From: Ascidiella aspersa
Lineage: Eukaryota
Reading direction: 5' to 3'
NCBI GenBank assembly: GCA_963924565.1
Contig: OZ004607.1
Location: 15,500,001 to 15,564,000, forward strand
Length of the DNA: 64,000 nucleotides
The notes below the pieces were generated by a model that saw nothing but the letters and a program-made list of their open reading frames with translations, made no database searches and had not been told where the DNA came from. Shown piece by piece: positions 27,001 through 38,932 of this stretch. A program made the translations under genes and the position numbers. Positions within the stretch are counted from its first letter, which is position 1. Each line of letters begins with the position of its first letter.

Positions 27001-30000
27001 AATTACAAATTAGGTGACTTTTTCAAACAAAAATAGATGAATTAAAAAAAATGGTTTGCCCTCTTTTGATAAATTTCGGTCGATTTCAGTCATATTGAAT
27101 CACAACAAAATACAGCACGTTTCTTGAGTCTACTCGTTTTGTGACGTCATCTCTGAAAATTTGTAAGCCGACCCTGGTCGAAGCAAAATATTTTTTAAGG
27201 GTCGGCGTTAAAATATGTGGGGGGCTGGGGGGGGCAGGGAGCTGTCGTTGGGGCATAAGTCTGTAGAAATGTCGTGGTATTGCAAAATCGTGTCACCATT
27301 TCAAATTTTTTCAGTTAAACTCAAATTTGTAGTGTTAAACCTACTTTGACCTATTGTAACGCATTTTTTCTAGTATGTTACTGCCTGCTGTTCGTGAGAA
27401 GTTTTGCAACAGTCGACCTCAAGCTTGCAATTCTTTGTCTGTCGCCTAATTGCTAAACATTGTTACGTCACTTACAACCAATATTTGTGTTTTTCTAGTT
27501 TACTCCGTATTTATTTGGAACGTTTAACCAGCATTTTAATTAGTTTGTAAACGGCAAGTTAGAACGATAGCAAAACTAATACAAGCAAGTCAGAACATTT
27601 TTTTCGTCAAAATAACGGTATTACTATTTTGGCTCGTAGAGATTTGTTGTTGTTCCATTGATAAATTTTGTTGTAAACTTAATTGTGTTAAAGCCAGCTT
27701 AAGAGGACAAAGAAGAGTTGAGTTGAACATACTTTCAGATGTTTACTATTGAAAATAAGTTTTTACAGAGAGCCACAAGGTTTTGTGCTATCAAATGTCG
27801 AAAATTCGCAAATCCGTGGTGATGTTAAGTGCGTCATTACGACCCTCAAAACTTATAAATCACCGTGATAAAAAGCATTCTCGAAGAAAGAATGATGCCG
27901 CCACAAATTCTAGCTATTTTTTTTATAATCGAGGGGAGCCACGAGTATTAAAAGGCTTTCTAAGGGGGACACGAGGCATAAAAGGTTGAGAACCGCTGGT
28001 TTAGGCCTTCCACTGTTTTATGTCCTTTCCAACACAGGCTAAATATGTTGTAAAACATATCTTTGGATGTAATTAGATGACATAATTAGTAATTAAATTA
28101 GTAATTAAAATAAATGCTAATAATAGATTAATTGAACGGCATCATTAAATTTTTAACGCATATCAGAGTGGTTCTCATATTCTGCAAGATAATCTCTCGC
28201 GTGACTGAGAAAAATTTAATACCCGTAAAAGCAAACAGGCTGCGTTATTTTCCCGTTGACAGAACTACTCGATATAAACATCAAAAGGTAACGTCAAAAT
28301 ATTCATGATAACGTTTTCTCTTCTCATTCATTAATTAAACTATGTGCAAAGCTGAAAAAAACAAGAAATACACATTGTGAAATACAGCGCACCAAAATCA
28401 AGCCAAAGCCACCAATTGCGTTGTTGATGAATATCACAGTTCAACATGTGAGCGATTCGCCTCGGGCGTACGAGGCTAAATTGTGTTCATCGTTTGTGGA
28501 AGAATGACAAAATACCAGGTTTTCAAATAGCGCGCATTTTAGCTTTTATAATTTCGTGCAATATATATTGAAGTCTTAGGTTTAGTTCATTAGAATGCCA
28601 AATATAAGAAGAAAAAAAAACATAACAGCGCCTAGTATCCAACGAAAACAAATAGTAAACAACAAACAATATTTATTTCTTAAACGTTCATAAAAAACCT
28701 GTGGTCACAACTGAAAACTAACAAAATACCAATATTTATTAAGTATTATATATTCTTGTAGAGCAAACCTACAAATTGATAGTCATTCAGTACAAAATTA
28801 TACATACCCAGCCAAACGACAATATCTTGAGCAAATAACAGGTGTAGCTGTTTTTGTTTCCAATTTTTCGATGTTGAAGTGATAGGCATTATCGAAAATG
28901 TTGTAGCAGCCGAAATGCCATTTACCTGATTCTTCAGCTGTCATTGATGGAATATTTTTAATTTAGTAGAACAAATTGTCAATGGTCATACAAGGTTAGA
29001 AAGGCAAACGGTTATCCTAAATAGGCACATTAGTAAAAATTCATTCTTCATTAAACTTGACAACGATGAGACAAAACACCGATAATCGTTTTTAAATATT
29101 TATTAATAGTTTGTTTCTCAGTTACATTTTGGGTTTTCAGACATCAATCGGCATGTTGTTTTCGAATTTTGCCATCGGTGGTCGAAAGGTTGTGGCTATA
29201 CAGTAAGCCAATATTGGATCAAATATTTAGTAATGTTTCAATAAAAAGTCAAACAGCGAAAAAATGCTTAAGGGTCTGTATATTTGGAGGATTTTTAATC
29301 TACAATAGGCTAGCCTTCCTAGAGTTTACACAACATACTCATTTTAGAAAGTGGTCAAATCGATTAAGGAAAGCATTACATTTTGGAACAAAATGTGTTT
29401 TGCTGAAATATTAGGTAGTTTAGAAACCGTTTTTTTTTCTTTTAAATTATAGTGACGGTCTCCAAGGTTATAGTTTGACGGAAATAGTTTCTTTTTAAAT
29501 AGTCTTCTGTTGTAGATACAAAACATGTATGGACAACATACCCTAATAAGTTTTCATTTGCGAAAATTAAAGTTCACTTGCGAGCCCGTGTACCACATGG
29601 TGGTGACGTTATAACACAATATAGTGGAACGGAATCGCGCAAAGCAAAAAAACAATGCTTTAATAATGTGTTTAAACTACTATAGTAGAATTGTTAATAT
29701 AGTTGAGCTTACTTAAAAAAATAGTTTGTTTGTAATTCTCTTTTTATAAATCGTTTTTTAATACCGCCATGATTACAATAAAGAATAACGCAAAGATTAG
29801 CGAATAACGCACTATTAAAGCGATTATAAAATTTTATTTTAGTATCAGTCCTGTGTCTTTGAGAGTGGGGTTATTGTGAAGTAATGGCTACACTAGTTAT
29901 ATTGGTTCATTCGTGTGTGCTTTAATATACTATACTTTTCTATGATATTAGAGCACAATTGTAACTCAAGCAAAACTGCATCTCACATAACACGACTACA

Positions 30001-30126
30001 AAACACATGCCAAAATAAAGCACAAAAATATGTCAAAGAAATAAAAAGAACCTTACCAAAACATTGCTGATGGTTCGTAAACAAGAATATACAAATAGAT
30101 AGAAACAGTGTTAAGTGGATTTTCAT
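1..30126 (-). CDS. PKD1L1: Polycystin-1 family protein, PKD1L1-like (about 72 exons in window, >4,600 aa, 3' end outside the window)
   Basis: Hand splicing from ATG 30126 gives a continuous frame through GT-AG introns with matching phases. First exons 30057-30126, 28808-28937, 26590-26685, 25615-25796; last exons 4248-4672, 1841-4014, 1620-1729, 1304-1558, 729-1119, 500-584, 1-254. Motifs: REJ (PLVALIDGG..LDASHSYDPD), GPS (CFYW..WSTAGC..CSVTHLSTF), PLAT (FEITFHTGNWPGSGT..IWHSHTGPCPRWFLDYV..FPCDSWL), DYHSTISIF..SRAQR, multi-TM C-terminal region. The PKD1L1 rather than PKD1 call rests on remembered similarity: REJ insertion ending EGDRLV and pre-GPS RSLAPNIPYTLKI. Family is secure; orthology is less so. 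Confidence 0.88.
1841..4014 (-). CDS. 2,174-nt exon: TOP/polycystin channel region plus start of cytoplasmic tail
   Basis: Lies in the 737-aa ORF. Acceptor TTTTAG before 4014 and donor GTAACT after 1841. About six hydrophobic segments, including ALGYLFFGS..SMARSF. Confidence 0.9.
6220..6683 (-). CDS. PLAT/LH2 domain
   Basis: IFEITFHTGNWPGSGTSSLVHMVIYG..FETG|SIKTFIV..MSIWHSHTGPCPRWFLDYVIIRD..WFFPCDSWLALDRG. Confidence 0.9.
7268..7450 (-). CDS. GPS motif of the GAIN domain
   Basis: CFYWQSEANTWSTAGCE|VLNESRFEQTVCSVTHLSTF across two exons, followed by hydrophobic TM1. Confidence 0.9.
9719..10774. mobile_element. Non-autonomous hAT-like element in a polycystin intron
   Basis: TIR CAGTGGCGTATCCAG / CTGGATACGCCCCTG; degenerate 8-bp TSD CTCATGAA/CTTATGCA; internal 22-bp tandem duplication at 10225-10268. 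Confidence 0.85.
11083..15520 (-). CDS. REJ module with long low-complexity insertion
   Basis: LRSYPLNLEANVAFNC..YQWTV, PLVALIDGG, LDASHSYDPD, YSWKC, CSNC..FDWTI, then a Gly/Pro/Ser-rich insert (about 13727-12210), then GPSMGWCSV..FRFHCVQW. Confidence 0.85.
15520..25730 (-). CDS. Array of PKD/Ig-like repeats (about 1,500 aa, roughly 13-15 units)
   Basis: Repeated PKD motifs in about 28 short exons: WTMGDG, WIMGDG, FGDD, HVYRKSGFYTVDV, HVFRSPG, VNASNILS, VEASNHLG, VQNSVS, VRNDIS, VSNQLS. Unit count is estimated from length. Confidence 0.8.
15699..16071. mobile_element. hAT (Ac-type) MITE
   Basis: Termini TAGGG..CCCTA, perfect 8-bp TSD GTAATGAT (nTnnnnAn), many TTTTGAC subterminal repeats. 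Confidence 0.9.
25735..28937 (-). CDS. WSC domain of the polycystin (exons 2-4)
   Basis: Spliced translation WHFGCYNIFD..TPVICSRYCRLAGYPFTGVLKGTICCC..CHLRCLDGNYDLPCGGLRVFSVY fits the WSC cysteine pattern (GCY..CxxxC..GY..CxC..CxxxC..CGG..VY). These exons are mostly missed by the ORF track. Confidence 0.85.
26254..26552. mobile_element. Degenerate Buster-type hAT MITE
   Basis: Left end CAGTGCTTCCCAACC, eroded right end AAGCACTT, flanks GGCTATGA/GGCTAACA. Confidence 0.55.
26911..27998. mobile_element. hAT MITE remnants (probably two partial elements)
   Basis: Left end CAGGGGTTCTTAAACTGGGG, related to the 40742 family; right end AGGTTGAGAACCGCTG; flanks do not form a TSD. Confidence 0.65.
30057..30126 (-). 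CDS. First coding exon of the polycystin gene, signal peptide
   Basis: Translates MKIHLTLFLSICIFLFTNHQQCF, then a GTAAGG donor in phase 1 that matches the next exon. Confidence 0.8.
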
Positions 30127-30868
30127 GTATCCACCAACGCGCGACGAAACTGTATTCCACATTTTCTACCTAATCCACGTATTTCAATATTTCCAAAGGT
30201 ATTCCATACTTTTTCGCAAAACTAACGTTACAAACTCTTAATAGCTGTTGACCTTAATACAATACAACGTGTGCTGCGTTAAATCACTACACCTTGTAAT
30301 CTGATAAAAGACAATCTTCGTAATCTGTAAACTATTATTTTGAGACTTTACGTTCACGTCTTGATTTATTGACCAAAATCGCGATTCTCGTCTGTCTGCC
30401 TTTTTCCTAAATCCTGTTTTGTTCTAGGGTCAAAGCCTTATCACACTTCGCATTTAGTACACCGCAGCTTGAAGCAAACTTACAATGAATCCAAGGCTGA
30501 TGTGCGAAGCTTAGCTTCTTTCGTGCCCCCAGGCAACTCGGAAAAATTTGCCAGCAATCAATTGACTTTCAACACGTGAATTCAAATATGTTTGAAAATT
30601 GTCTCGCGTAAATGTTTGTCATGCTGCTATGCCTATACAGGGTTGCCATTAGTCTAATGCCACCCAAAAAAGACCAATGGCAAAATAATATTTTATAGCG
30701 AACAATCCAATGACATTAAGCGTAGATGGGTAGATGGGTTTGTATTCAAAACTTGCTTTGTGGCAAATTCGACACAATAAAGCCGTATCCGTAAGTCACG
30801 TTTTTTTTGATAAGAAGTAATTTTCATAAAAGAAAACCTTAACAATCAAAACAAATCTTGGAGCAGTG

Positions 30869-31023
30869 CAGGGGTTTTTTAAGGTTTGGTTTGGGTGACC
30901 GCTAAGTAGTTTTAAGAGACCGCAAGTGTTTCATTTAAATACCAAAAAATAGCCATATTAGTTGCAAGTCCAAATTTTGGTAAACCGCTGGAGAAATTTG
31001 AAAAACACCTTAAAAAAACACTG
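30869..31023. mobile_element. 155-bp MITE inserted at the terminus of another MITE
   Basis: TIR CAGGGGTTTTTTAAGG / CCTTAAAAAAACACTG, perfect 8-bp TSD GAGCAGTG; the host end CAGTGGTTCCCAAACTGTGGGCC follows at 31027. Confidence 0.85.
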
Positions 31024-32435
31024 GAGCAGTGGTTCCCAAACTGTGGGCCACGGTCCAGTAGTGGGCCTCGAGACCATGTTCAGTGGCCCATAGAGCTATT
31101 CAAAGAAAAACGCTCAAGTTTAAACGAAACAAACGTATTTTTTCTTTACTGCCTTCTTAAATTTAATTAGAATCAAGTGGAGACAAAATACTTATATGCA
31201 AAACTGGTCTTATTCGATGTGCACTAGTCATCGCGTGTGTAGAGAAATATAGAAAAAGCTGAAAACATTTTTCACAAAATAACGAATGAAAGATACTAAA
31301 TACATTGCCGCCTCGAAGAGTCGGTTGGTATCTCACTTATATTTTGTTTCGCTACGCAGTTAACACGGCAATCCACTTTTTAAACTCAGTCTGTTGATAA
31401 AGATATTCAATTCCATGTAAAACTAATCCGGAGGTAAAAAGGATTATTGAGTTATTGTTAGAATTAATTTCAACCAGGGCGATATTTCTTATTCGGAAAA
31501 TAGGCTAAAGCAGTAGTTCTCAAAGGGCGCCACTTGGCTCACTTTGGGGGGAATTTAAAATTTTGAGGAGGAAATTTGTTCAAGGGAAGAATTGGGGAGG
31601 AAAAGTGGATGATAATGGATCACTTTTTATTATTTGGTATTTAACACATAAAGTTTAAATGGGAACGTCTACTTACTATATGACTTAAGTAGCCTAATGT
31701 GAACTGAAGACAATACGCTGCTTTAACTGTGTAACCTACGTCATAATAGACTCTGTTTGGTTTACAATTTCGATTGTTTCGTCACATTCAGTAACGTTTA
31801 CTAGCACCAGGTGTCTGTTTTATACTGTTTGTTTGTTTTAGCATGGCTATAAGTACGTAAAAGTAATAAAGAAAGGGTAAAACATAAGATTTTAAATTTT
31901 GCAAAATGCCAAAGTCAATCCTCGAGAGCAACTTTAACCAATTCACTCATTTAAAAAAACAGCTAATGTGGTTGGATCGACAAGTCTGTGCTAAGTATGC
32001 CAAATTAACGGTTGTAGAGCAAACACTTTTTCCATTTCCGACTACATATTTAGTTTAATGTGGTTTTAGTGGCATACAGATATTTTGACCCAAAAGAGGA
32101 ACATTTAAGATTTGCAAACGCGAAAATCTTCAGGCAAAACTTACATGCTTTTTTTAAACATGAAGCTCATGGTTCACATTAACAATGAAAACACTTTGTA
32201 AACACGTTATGTCAATTTTGGCGAGAACAACCGCACATGCCACCGAAAAAGCGCCGAGGCCACGTCGCAATCAAATCATAGCGTTGTCTGCTGCGGTCAG
32301 CTGTGGTTCTTTCATGACACTTCTCTCAATTTTTAAGTTACTGTAGTTGGTTTTTGCCAAATAAGGTTGCTGAAATGAGAAAAAACTCTATGCAGAGTTA
32401 ATCCTAACATTGGATAGGTTATTCAAATCCTTACA

Positions 32436-33052
32436 CAAGGGTCGGCAACCTTTGTGTAGTAGTCGCGGGCCAAACTCTGCGGGCCGCACAACATATGTTA
32501 AATGAGATTTTGTGTTATTACAACTTTATAACAATTGTGAATCAGGTGGGCCTCGGATTTTTTTGCACTTTGAAAACGTGTTTATAATAACTTTTAAGGA
32601 GGCAGTAAAGTCTTGTAGCAAGTTGGCTAAAAAAGCGTATACTTGGTTTAAAATTCGAGTCCACACGTCGTCACCCCCCCTAAGTGTAATAAAACTACTT
32701 TGAGAAAACGCGATAAATTTGATAGTTAATATATTTTAGTGTTTGTTAACTATTTGGGGCACACCTGGCGAGCGAAGCGAGCGCGATTTTTTTGGTATAC
32801 CGGTATTTGTTTTAAATTTCCTGTTTTTGTTACATTTAAAAAAAAATTGTTAAAAAATATTTTTCGTTTATGTTTGAATACGTTTTTCGTTTTCCTCGAC
32901 GCACTTGGCAGCTTTCCACGGCGCAACAGTAAAGAAGCGCTGATCTAGAATTTTTCGCATTTACACACTTAAAATAGTCAAAAAGTATTTAAAATATGGA
33001 CTCGTGTCTAATTTTTTAAAGAGGCGGCGGGCCGGATGAAGTATGTTGGCAG
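32436..33052. mobile_element. Truncated hAT MITE (family also at 37926 and 57089)
   Basis: End CAAGGGTCGGCAACC; internal sequence matches the reverse complement of 57089-57851. Confidence 0.75.
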
Positions 33053-33666
33053 GATGGTTCTGATACAGATTTGCCTTAACAACAAAAAAGCTTTTAATTG
33101 TATTTGGATTTAAGTTAGTTGTTATATAGTCGAGGTCAGAGTACGGTCACTTAAGCCGTCTCTGCAAATCTATAAAACGCCGCTTTGCGCGAGTGCGCGA
33201 AACGAATTTTACCATTTTTTTGAAATATTCATTATATGGCGCCATAAGCTCGTACACCACTACAAAGCTTAAAACTATGTGTTATTTTTGCGAAAATAGG
33301 CCATACTACCTAGGGAACCGCGAAAATAAGCTGCCTATTAAGTAAAAAAAATGTACATATTTTTTAGTTTGGGGGGGGGGCATGGCCATATCGCCCCATC
33401 CCCTAGATCCGCCCCTGTGCGCAGACTATGATAATAAAACACAGAATGAAACTGATGATTTTTGATGAATACACTTTTGTCTATGACGTTCGTCATGACA
33501 TAAAAAAGAATAACAGGGCTGACCAATACGAAAGTACCCCGCGAAGGTTATCCGACATTTGATAATTCGTCATGCAGTTATCCTAACCTTAAACCGTTAT
33601 GTTAAAGACTAAAATGGCTGTTAGAGGTGTACTCAGAATAACAAAAAGCGACAAATCGAGTGAACG

Positions 33667-34149
33667 TGAAATAGACAGCACCATATGTTTTCTCAAATAA
33701 ATTATACAACATTTATTTTACTACGATTAAAGCAATATCTGTTGTGAGACTTTGTTTTATAAGCGTTAATTCTTGTATTCAGTTTGAAATTATTTATGAA
33801 TAAAATAAAATGGACTATTTGGTCTATATCAGGGGTTGTTAAACTGGGGTCCATGGACCCCTTGGGTGTCCGTGAACTTGTTTTAGGGGGTCCATGAAGG
33901 CCTAATTAAAGAACTAGTGTATACTTAAAGATATTAATTTTTAAAAGAAAACACTTTAATTAAATTTAAACGGGTTTGTACTGAATGCACCGGTATAGTT
34001 AGACTCCATTTAAGTTTCACATTTTTCGGACCGAAATAACAGAGTCATGAAGTCTATTTGTATTTTTCTTTTGGAGCATTTCTTGTCTACCGGGGTTTTG
34101 GCAAAGCAAAACAAAATTTAGGGGTCCGCGGTAAAAAAAAGTTTAAGAA
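33667..34149. repeat. Left copy of 483-bp inverted duplication (about 160 bp unique flank plus truncated MITE)
   Basis: Reverse complement of 40748-41230, with about four substitutions seen by eye. Confidence 0.92.
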
Positions 34150-34562
34150 ATAAATTTTCGGCCCATATAAATAGCGGCAAAAACAAGATATGTCCCGAAA
34201 ATAAATTTTCGGCCCATATAACTAAAATCGTTTATACGGGAAATATGTTTTCTTATACCTTATAGTTTTTACTGTGACCACTGGGGGCACGAGTACCACA
34301 GTTTTAGAACTCCTGTTTAAATTTGTTTGGACAAATTTTAAATTTTGGAGAAATCTTGCTTAGAAAAAATCTATAGGCTTTAACACCTCAACCACTATAG
34401 TGATTTGTTTTATATTGCTTTATAGGATATGATATCCGACGAATATTTGTTGAAAAAGGAGCAGGAATTTGTTTATAATAATATTTTTTAAAAAGGTTAT
34501 TTGTAGACTTAAGGCAACGTATACTGACTTTCCATCCTAGTTTAAAACTTATACCTGTAGAG

Positions 34563-36229
34563 CAGGGGTCGGCAACCTTTTTTGCAATGCGGACCGGTTT
34601 AAAACTCAAATTTTTGTGGCGGACCGGCCTTAAAAAAACAAATGTTTAGTAAAGAAAATTTCAATGCGAAGTTTAAGCTTGTTTTGTGCAAAGAGGTGTT
34701 TCCGTCTGGAAATTAATTATTAAACTTAATGAAACCCGCGGGCGTTTTCCTAATTACACTTTATAGCAGTGGTTCTCAACCTTTTTGTACCGGTGACCCC
34801 TTTTTGATGCTTTCAAATGGCCGCGGACACTTAACATATTTCTGGTGTGATATCTGCGTTTATTAATTTTTAGTAAATTAGTATATGTCTGTCTAGTGCA
34901 CTGTGTTGAGTAAAGTAGCACACAACACCAATTTACTTTATTACACGTTTAAGTGGTTTCTGTTGCTGCATCGCCGAAGCAAGTCTTAAAATGCGTGGTA
35001 GTGTTTTTGACAATGCTAGACGTTATCTTTGAAAATGATAGCATAAATCAAAATCCAGTACATATGAACTGTTGCAATTTCTCTGCCTTCCGTTTTACAA
35101 TCTATTGTGTTACATCACAATGGAAGTGCTCTGTCACACTCATGCGATTTACAACATGTTACAGTTGTTACACTGTGATTTTATCATTTACCAAGATTGT
35201 GATTAAGCATGTTACCAAGCGTTAGTTATTTCCTAGCGTTAATTAAATTAATAATGGTATATTTATAAGTTTTTGTGGACCCCCTAAAAACTTTTTGCAG
35301 ACCCCCAGGGGTTCGCGGCCCCGCTTGAGAACCACTGCTTTATTGTATACCATTAAATTACATTTGTATAAAGTGGTGGGATTCAAATTTTGTCAGCCGG
35401 TTCTATTACAAATGCCATATTTTTCAGCTGGTTCTGTTATAAAAAGTCATATTATTAGGCAGAACTTCGTTTTATGAAGATAAATAGAAGGCAGTGCAAT
35501 AATTACTGAAACTGTAAAAATTAACCGTGTGTAACTGTTACTTGCGAACCATGTGTAACTGTTACGTGCGAACTTGACCATCACACTTGTGCTATCTCTC
35601 GATACGTTTTAATTGTGTGTTCGTACAGCGTAACGATTTTCGTACGTTTCCATGGTGTCACGTCCATCACGGACGACGGTTGGAACTCAAATAATTCACA
35701 GTTGAAACAATAACCACCTTCTGAAATCTGACGCAATATTAGCTGATGTAATGATTGCATCATCCTGATAGATGGCGCATGGGAAAAGAACAATTTTTTT
35801 ATATGCGAATAACATCTGATATAACACTTAAACATTCAATAAAAATGACAAGTACGCCATATGGATACGTACTGTTTTCTGGACTTGAAGTGTGATTTAA
35901 CTTATAACAAATAAAAAAATCTCGTTTTGTTTCAATTAATATGCACAAGGGTGTATAATGCATTTATGCAACTTATATGGCCACAGCACAATAGTTGTTT
36001 TAAACCTCACGAGAGCTTGATACTAAATGGGATTTTTGACCATACCAACCAACCATGGAGCATATTCGAACGAAAGTCAATGTGTTTTAATAATAAAAAA
36101 ACATTTAATTGTTTTTCCGTTTTTTCAAGGTGTTTATGTACAGTTCGGGTTTAAATCAAAATTTTATTTTGGCAACCCTCCTACGGACCGGTAGCAAACT
36201 CCTCGCGGACCGGCGGTTGCCGACCACTG
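34563..36229. mobile_element. Buster-type hAT non-autonomous element (outer element of a nest)
   Basis: TIR CAGGGGTCGGCAACC / GGTTGCCGACCACTG, perfect TSD CTGTAGAG, CGGACCGG subterminal repeats. Confidence 0.9.
34767..35337. mobile_element. Buster-type hAT MITE nested in 34563-36229
   Basis: TIR CAGTGGTTCTCAA / TTGAGAACCACTG, TSD CTTTATAG/CTTTATTG. Confidence 0.88.
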
Positions 36230-37774
36230 CTGTAGAGCATTGATCCGGAAAAAAGGGGGTCGCTGCAATGTGGGCGCTGCCGGGCAACGCGCATTTATTA
36301 ACCGGTGCCCCGCGGATCACTACTGCCATGCAAAATATCTTGAATGGGATATAAAAAAATAATCTAAAACAGAAACAAGTTTTTTTAACTATCTCGTTTG
36401 GCGAACATCATTTAACCTACAGTACTTTAAAGATTTATTTTAATGCATATGTTATAAAAACTGACAAACAATTCAAGAGAATTTTGTACCAAAAAACAAA
36501 TTCGCGCACGCCTCACTCGCCTGTTGTGCCACTATGTTTTTAGAAGTCTACAGGTGGGCCTGACGTCAAAAAGGCTATATGAAATCATGCTGCAGAATGT
36601 AGTTTGTATAGGCAAGGGATCTCAAACAGGCGACCGGTGAGCCCATTTTGTGCGGCCCGCGACGCCTATAGCAATGAATATAAACCTAATATTGTTTAGT
36701 AATTGTGTTTTCTTGATTGTTAGCCTTTTATGGTCATCGTGTGTAAGGTGGTCCAGACCCATACGCTGTATGCAGTGTTGTAATGACTTCAGTCAATGAC
36801 ATGACTGAAGTGCGCTTATAAACCGGTTAATCTCGCAATGTAGATATTAACCTTTTTGCAAACTAGGCACGGGGCTATTTCCACATTTTGTGGGTATTTG
36901 AACTACGTAAATGCCTTTTTTTGCGCTTAGCTTAGCGCGAATCTTTTTTAAGCATCCGGTAAGTATCTTTGTGAGGAATTTGTTCACCCTAAATACCAGA
37001 AGCATACCCTGAAACTATAAACAATCAAAGTTTCGCCAACTTTGTATATCTTTATGCATTTAATCGCATTCTTAACAATTCTGTGTTTGGGGTAAAACCT
37101 CTTCATGGTAAAATCAATACATCAACTCAGCCTGAAATAAGCAGAACTTTCAACCTGTTAATTTCTAATTTTAATAGGCCGTGTAACACACTGTTTCGTG
37201 TGACGTAATAATTCCTAAATCTTAAAACACGCTATGACGTTCGGTCTATTAATAAGATAAGAAAACGAAAGCATAAATATTTTAATCGCAGCCGGCATAA
37301 AACAAATTTCTTGTTCAATATTTTAAAGATAACACAACAATGAGGCCCATGTAAAAGAAACTTGCAAAAAATGAAAACAATACAGGTTTGATTTCGCTTT
37401 AATTATCATTCAGTATGGAAATAAATAAATAATCGTGAATCGCGGAAGTATTACATTGTTCACTGACATACAGATTCTTTCTTTGTTGTGAGATGAGAAG
37501 TTAGCCACTAAATGTTGTCTTACATCAGGGGTGTCCAACTCAAACATGCCGGCGTGCCAATTTTTATCTTATAACTTCTTCCCGTGCCAAAGTTTCGTAA
37601 CTGATTCTTTTTAATCTTAAAGGCGCTTTTTAACAAATAACAAAAACGTTTATTTATTTACACATGGAAAACTAGTAGGAATTCGTTTTATTGCGGTTAA
37701 GTGTCCGTCGGTGAGCCGACTTTTGCTTATTCACACCATGACCAAGCTGCTAGTTTGTGAATGCTAGCCTCCAC

Positions 37775-38867
37775 CAGGGCTGCCACTCTGATTTTCAATT
37801 TATCCCAAGGTTTCATGTCTAAAAATCCCAAGAATTGGAAAAAAATCCCAAGATTAAAAAAGCTGAAATATAAGAGACTGTGGCGGACTTTGAGGTGTGC
37901 ATCCATGTGTATTGAAGCTCTAACACAGGTTTTGGCAACCTTTTTTCTAGTCGCGGACCAATATCAAACTGATAAAGGTCTCTGCGGGCAGCACACAAAG
38001 TTTACAAAGAAGCGTGGTATTAAAATGCTAGAACAACTGTGAATCACGCGGGCCTCGATTTTTTTGCACTTGAAGACGTGTTTGATCACATTCAAGTAGG
38101 CAGTAAATTGTTTTTTCGAGCCCACACCTCGCCATACATACGAAGAAACTTCGAAGAAACGCGATAACTTCACTCTAGCGAAGCGAGCTTGATTTTTTTT
38201 TAGGTAAACCGTGTTTTTTTATAAATTTCTTGTAAGTTTTTTATTACATTGCCAAAAATACAAAAATGTTGATATTTTTTAATCCGTTTTTAGTTTGTCC
38301 GCAACGCAATAGCCAGCCTTCCACGTTGCAACGGTAAAGAAGCGCTGAGTTCTATAGTTTAAAAGACAGCATCAAAGCATAAACAAACCGAATGCACAAA
38401 GATCATTCGCGCGAATCGCAAGACTCTTTTTTGCACTAACGTATAGTTAAAATAATCAAAAAGTAAAATTGACTCGTGTCTAGTTTGTCAAATAGGCGGC
38501 GGGGCGGATGAATTACATTTGCGGGCCGGTTCCGGCGGTAGGTTGTCAACCCCTCTAATAGCTCTAATTATCATTGTCGATTGGGTCTGTTTAATTAGCG
38601 CCGTCACACAAGCTAGTAAATGAACAGTTTCGTCTAACAAGCAAGTAATAGCATTGTTACGTCACATAAGTACACCCACGAGCTGGTAAATAGCTATTTC
38701 CTTATTCGTATTTGGAAATGAGTCCTTAAATACAAGCAAAAAGGTATTTGTAATTTCAACCTGCTATGAATTAAAATTCCCAAGATATGGAACGGATATC
38801 CCCAGATCCCAAGGTCTAAGCTGAAATCCCAAGATCTTGGGAAAAATCCCAAGGAGTGGCAGCCCTG
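37775..38867. mobile_element. hAT (Blackjack-like) element nested in 37526-39633
   Basis: TIR CAGGGCTGCCACTC / GAGTGGCAGCCCTG, perfect TSD GCCTCCAC, ATCCCAAG subterminal repeats. Confidence 0.9.
37926..38554. mobile_element. hAT MITE nested in 37775-38867
   Basis: Ends CAGGTTTTGGCAACC / GGTTGTCAACCCCT, flanks CTCTAACA/CTCTAATA; same family as 32436 and 57089. Confidence 0.8.
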
Positions 38868-38932
38868 GCCTCCACTCGTGATTGCCGCGATTGTTTCATA
38901 TTGTGAACAAACAATGGCAATTGGCTCTATAA

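Noticed and set aside
30523-30537. Possible RFX X-box (GTGCCCCCAGGCAAC) upstream of the polycystin
   Set aside because: Only one half-site fits the consensus, which is expected by chance.
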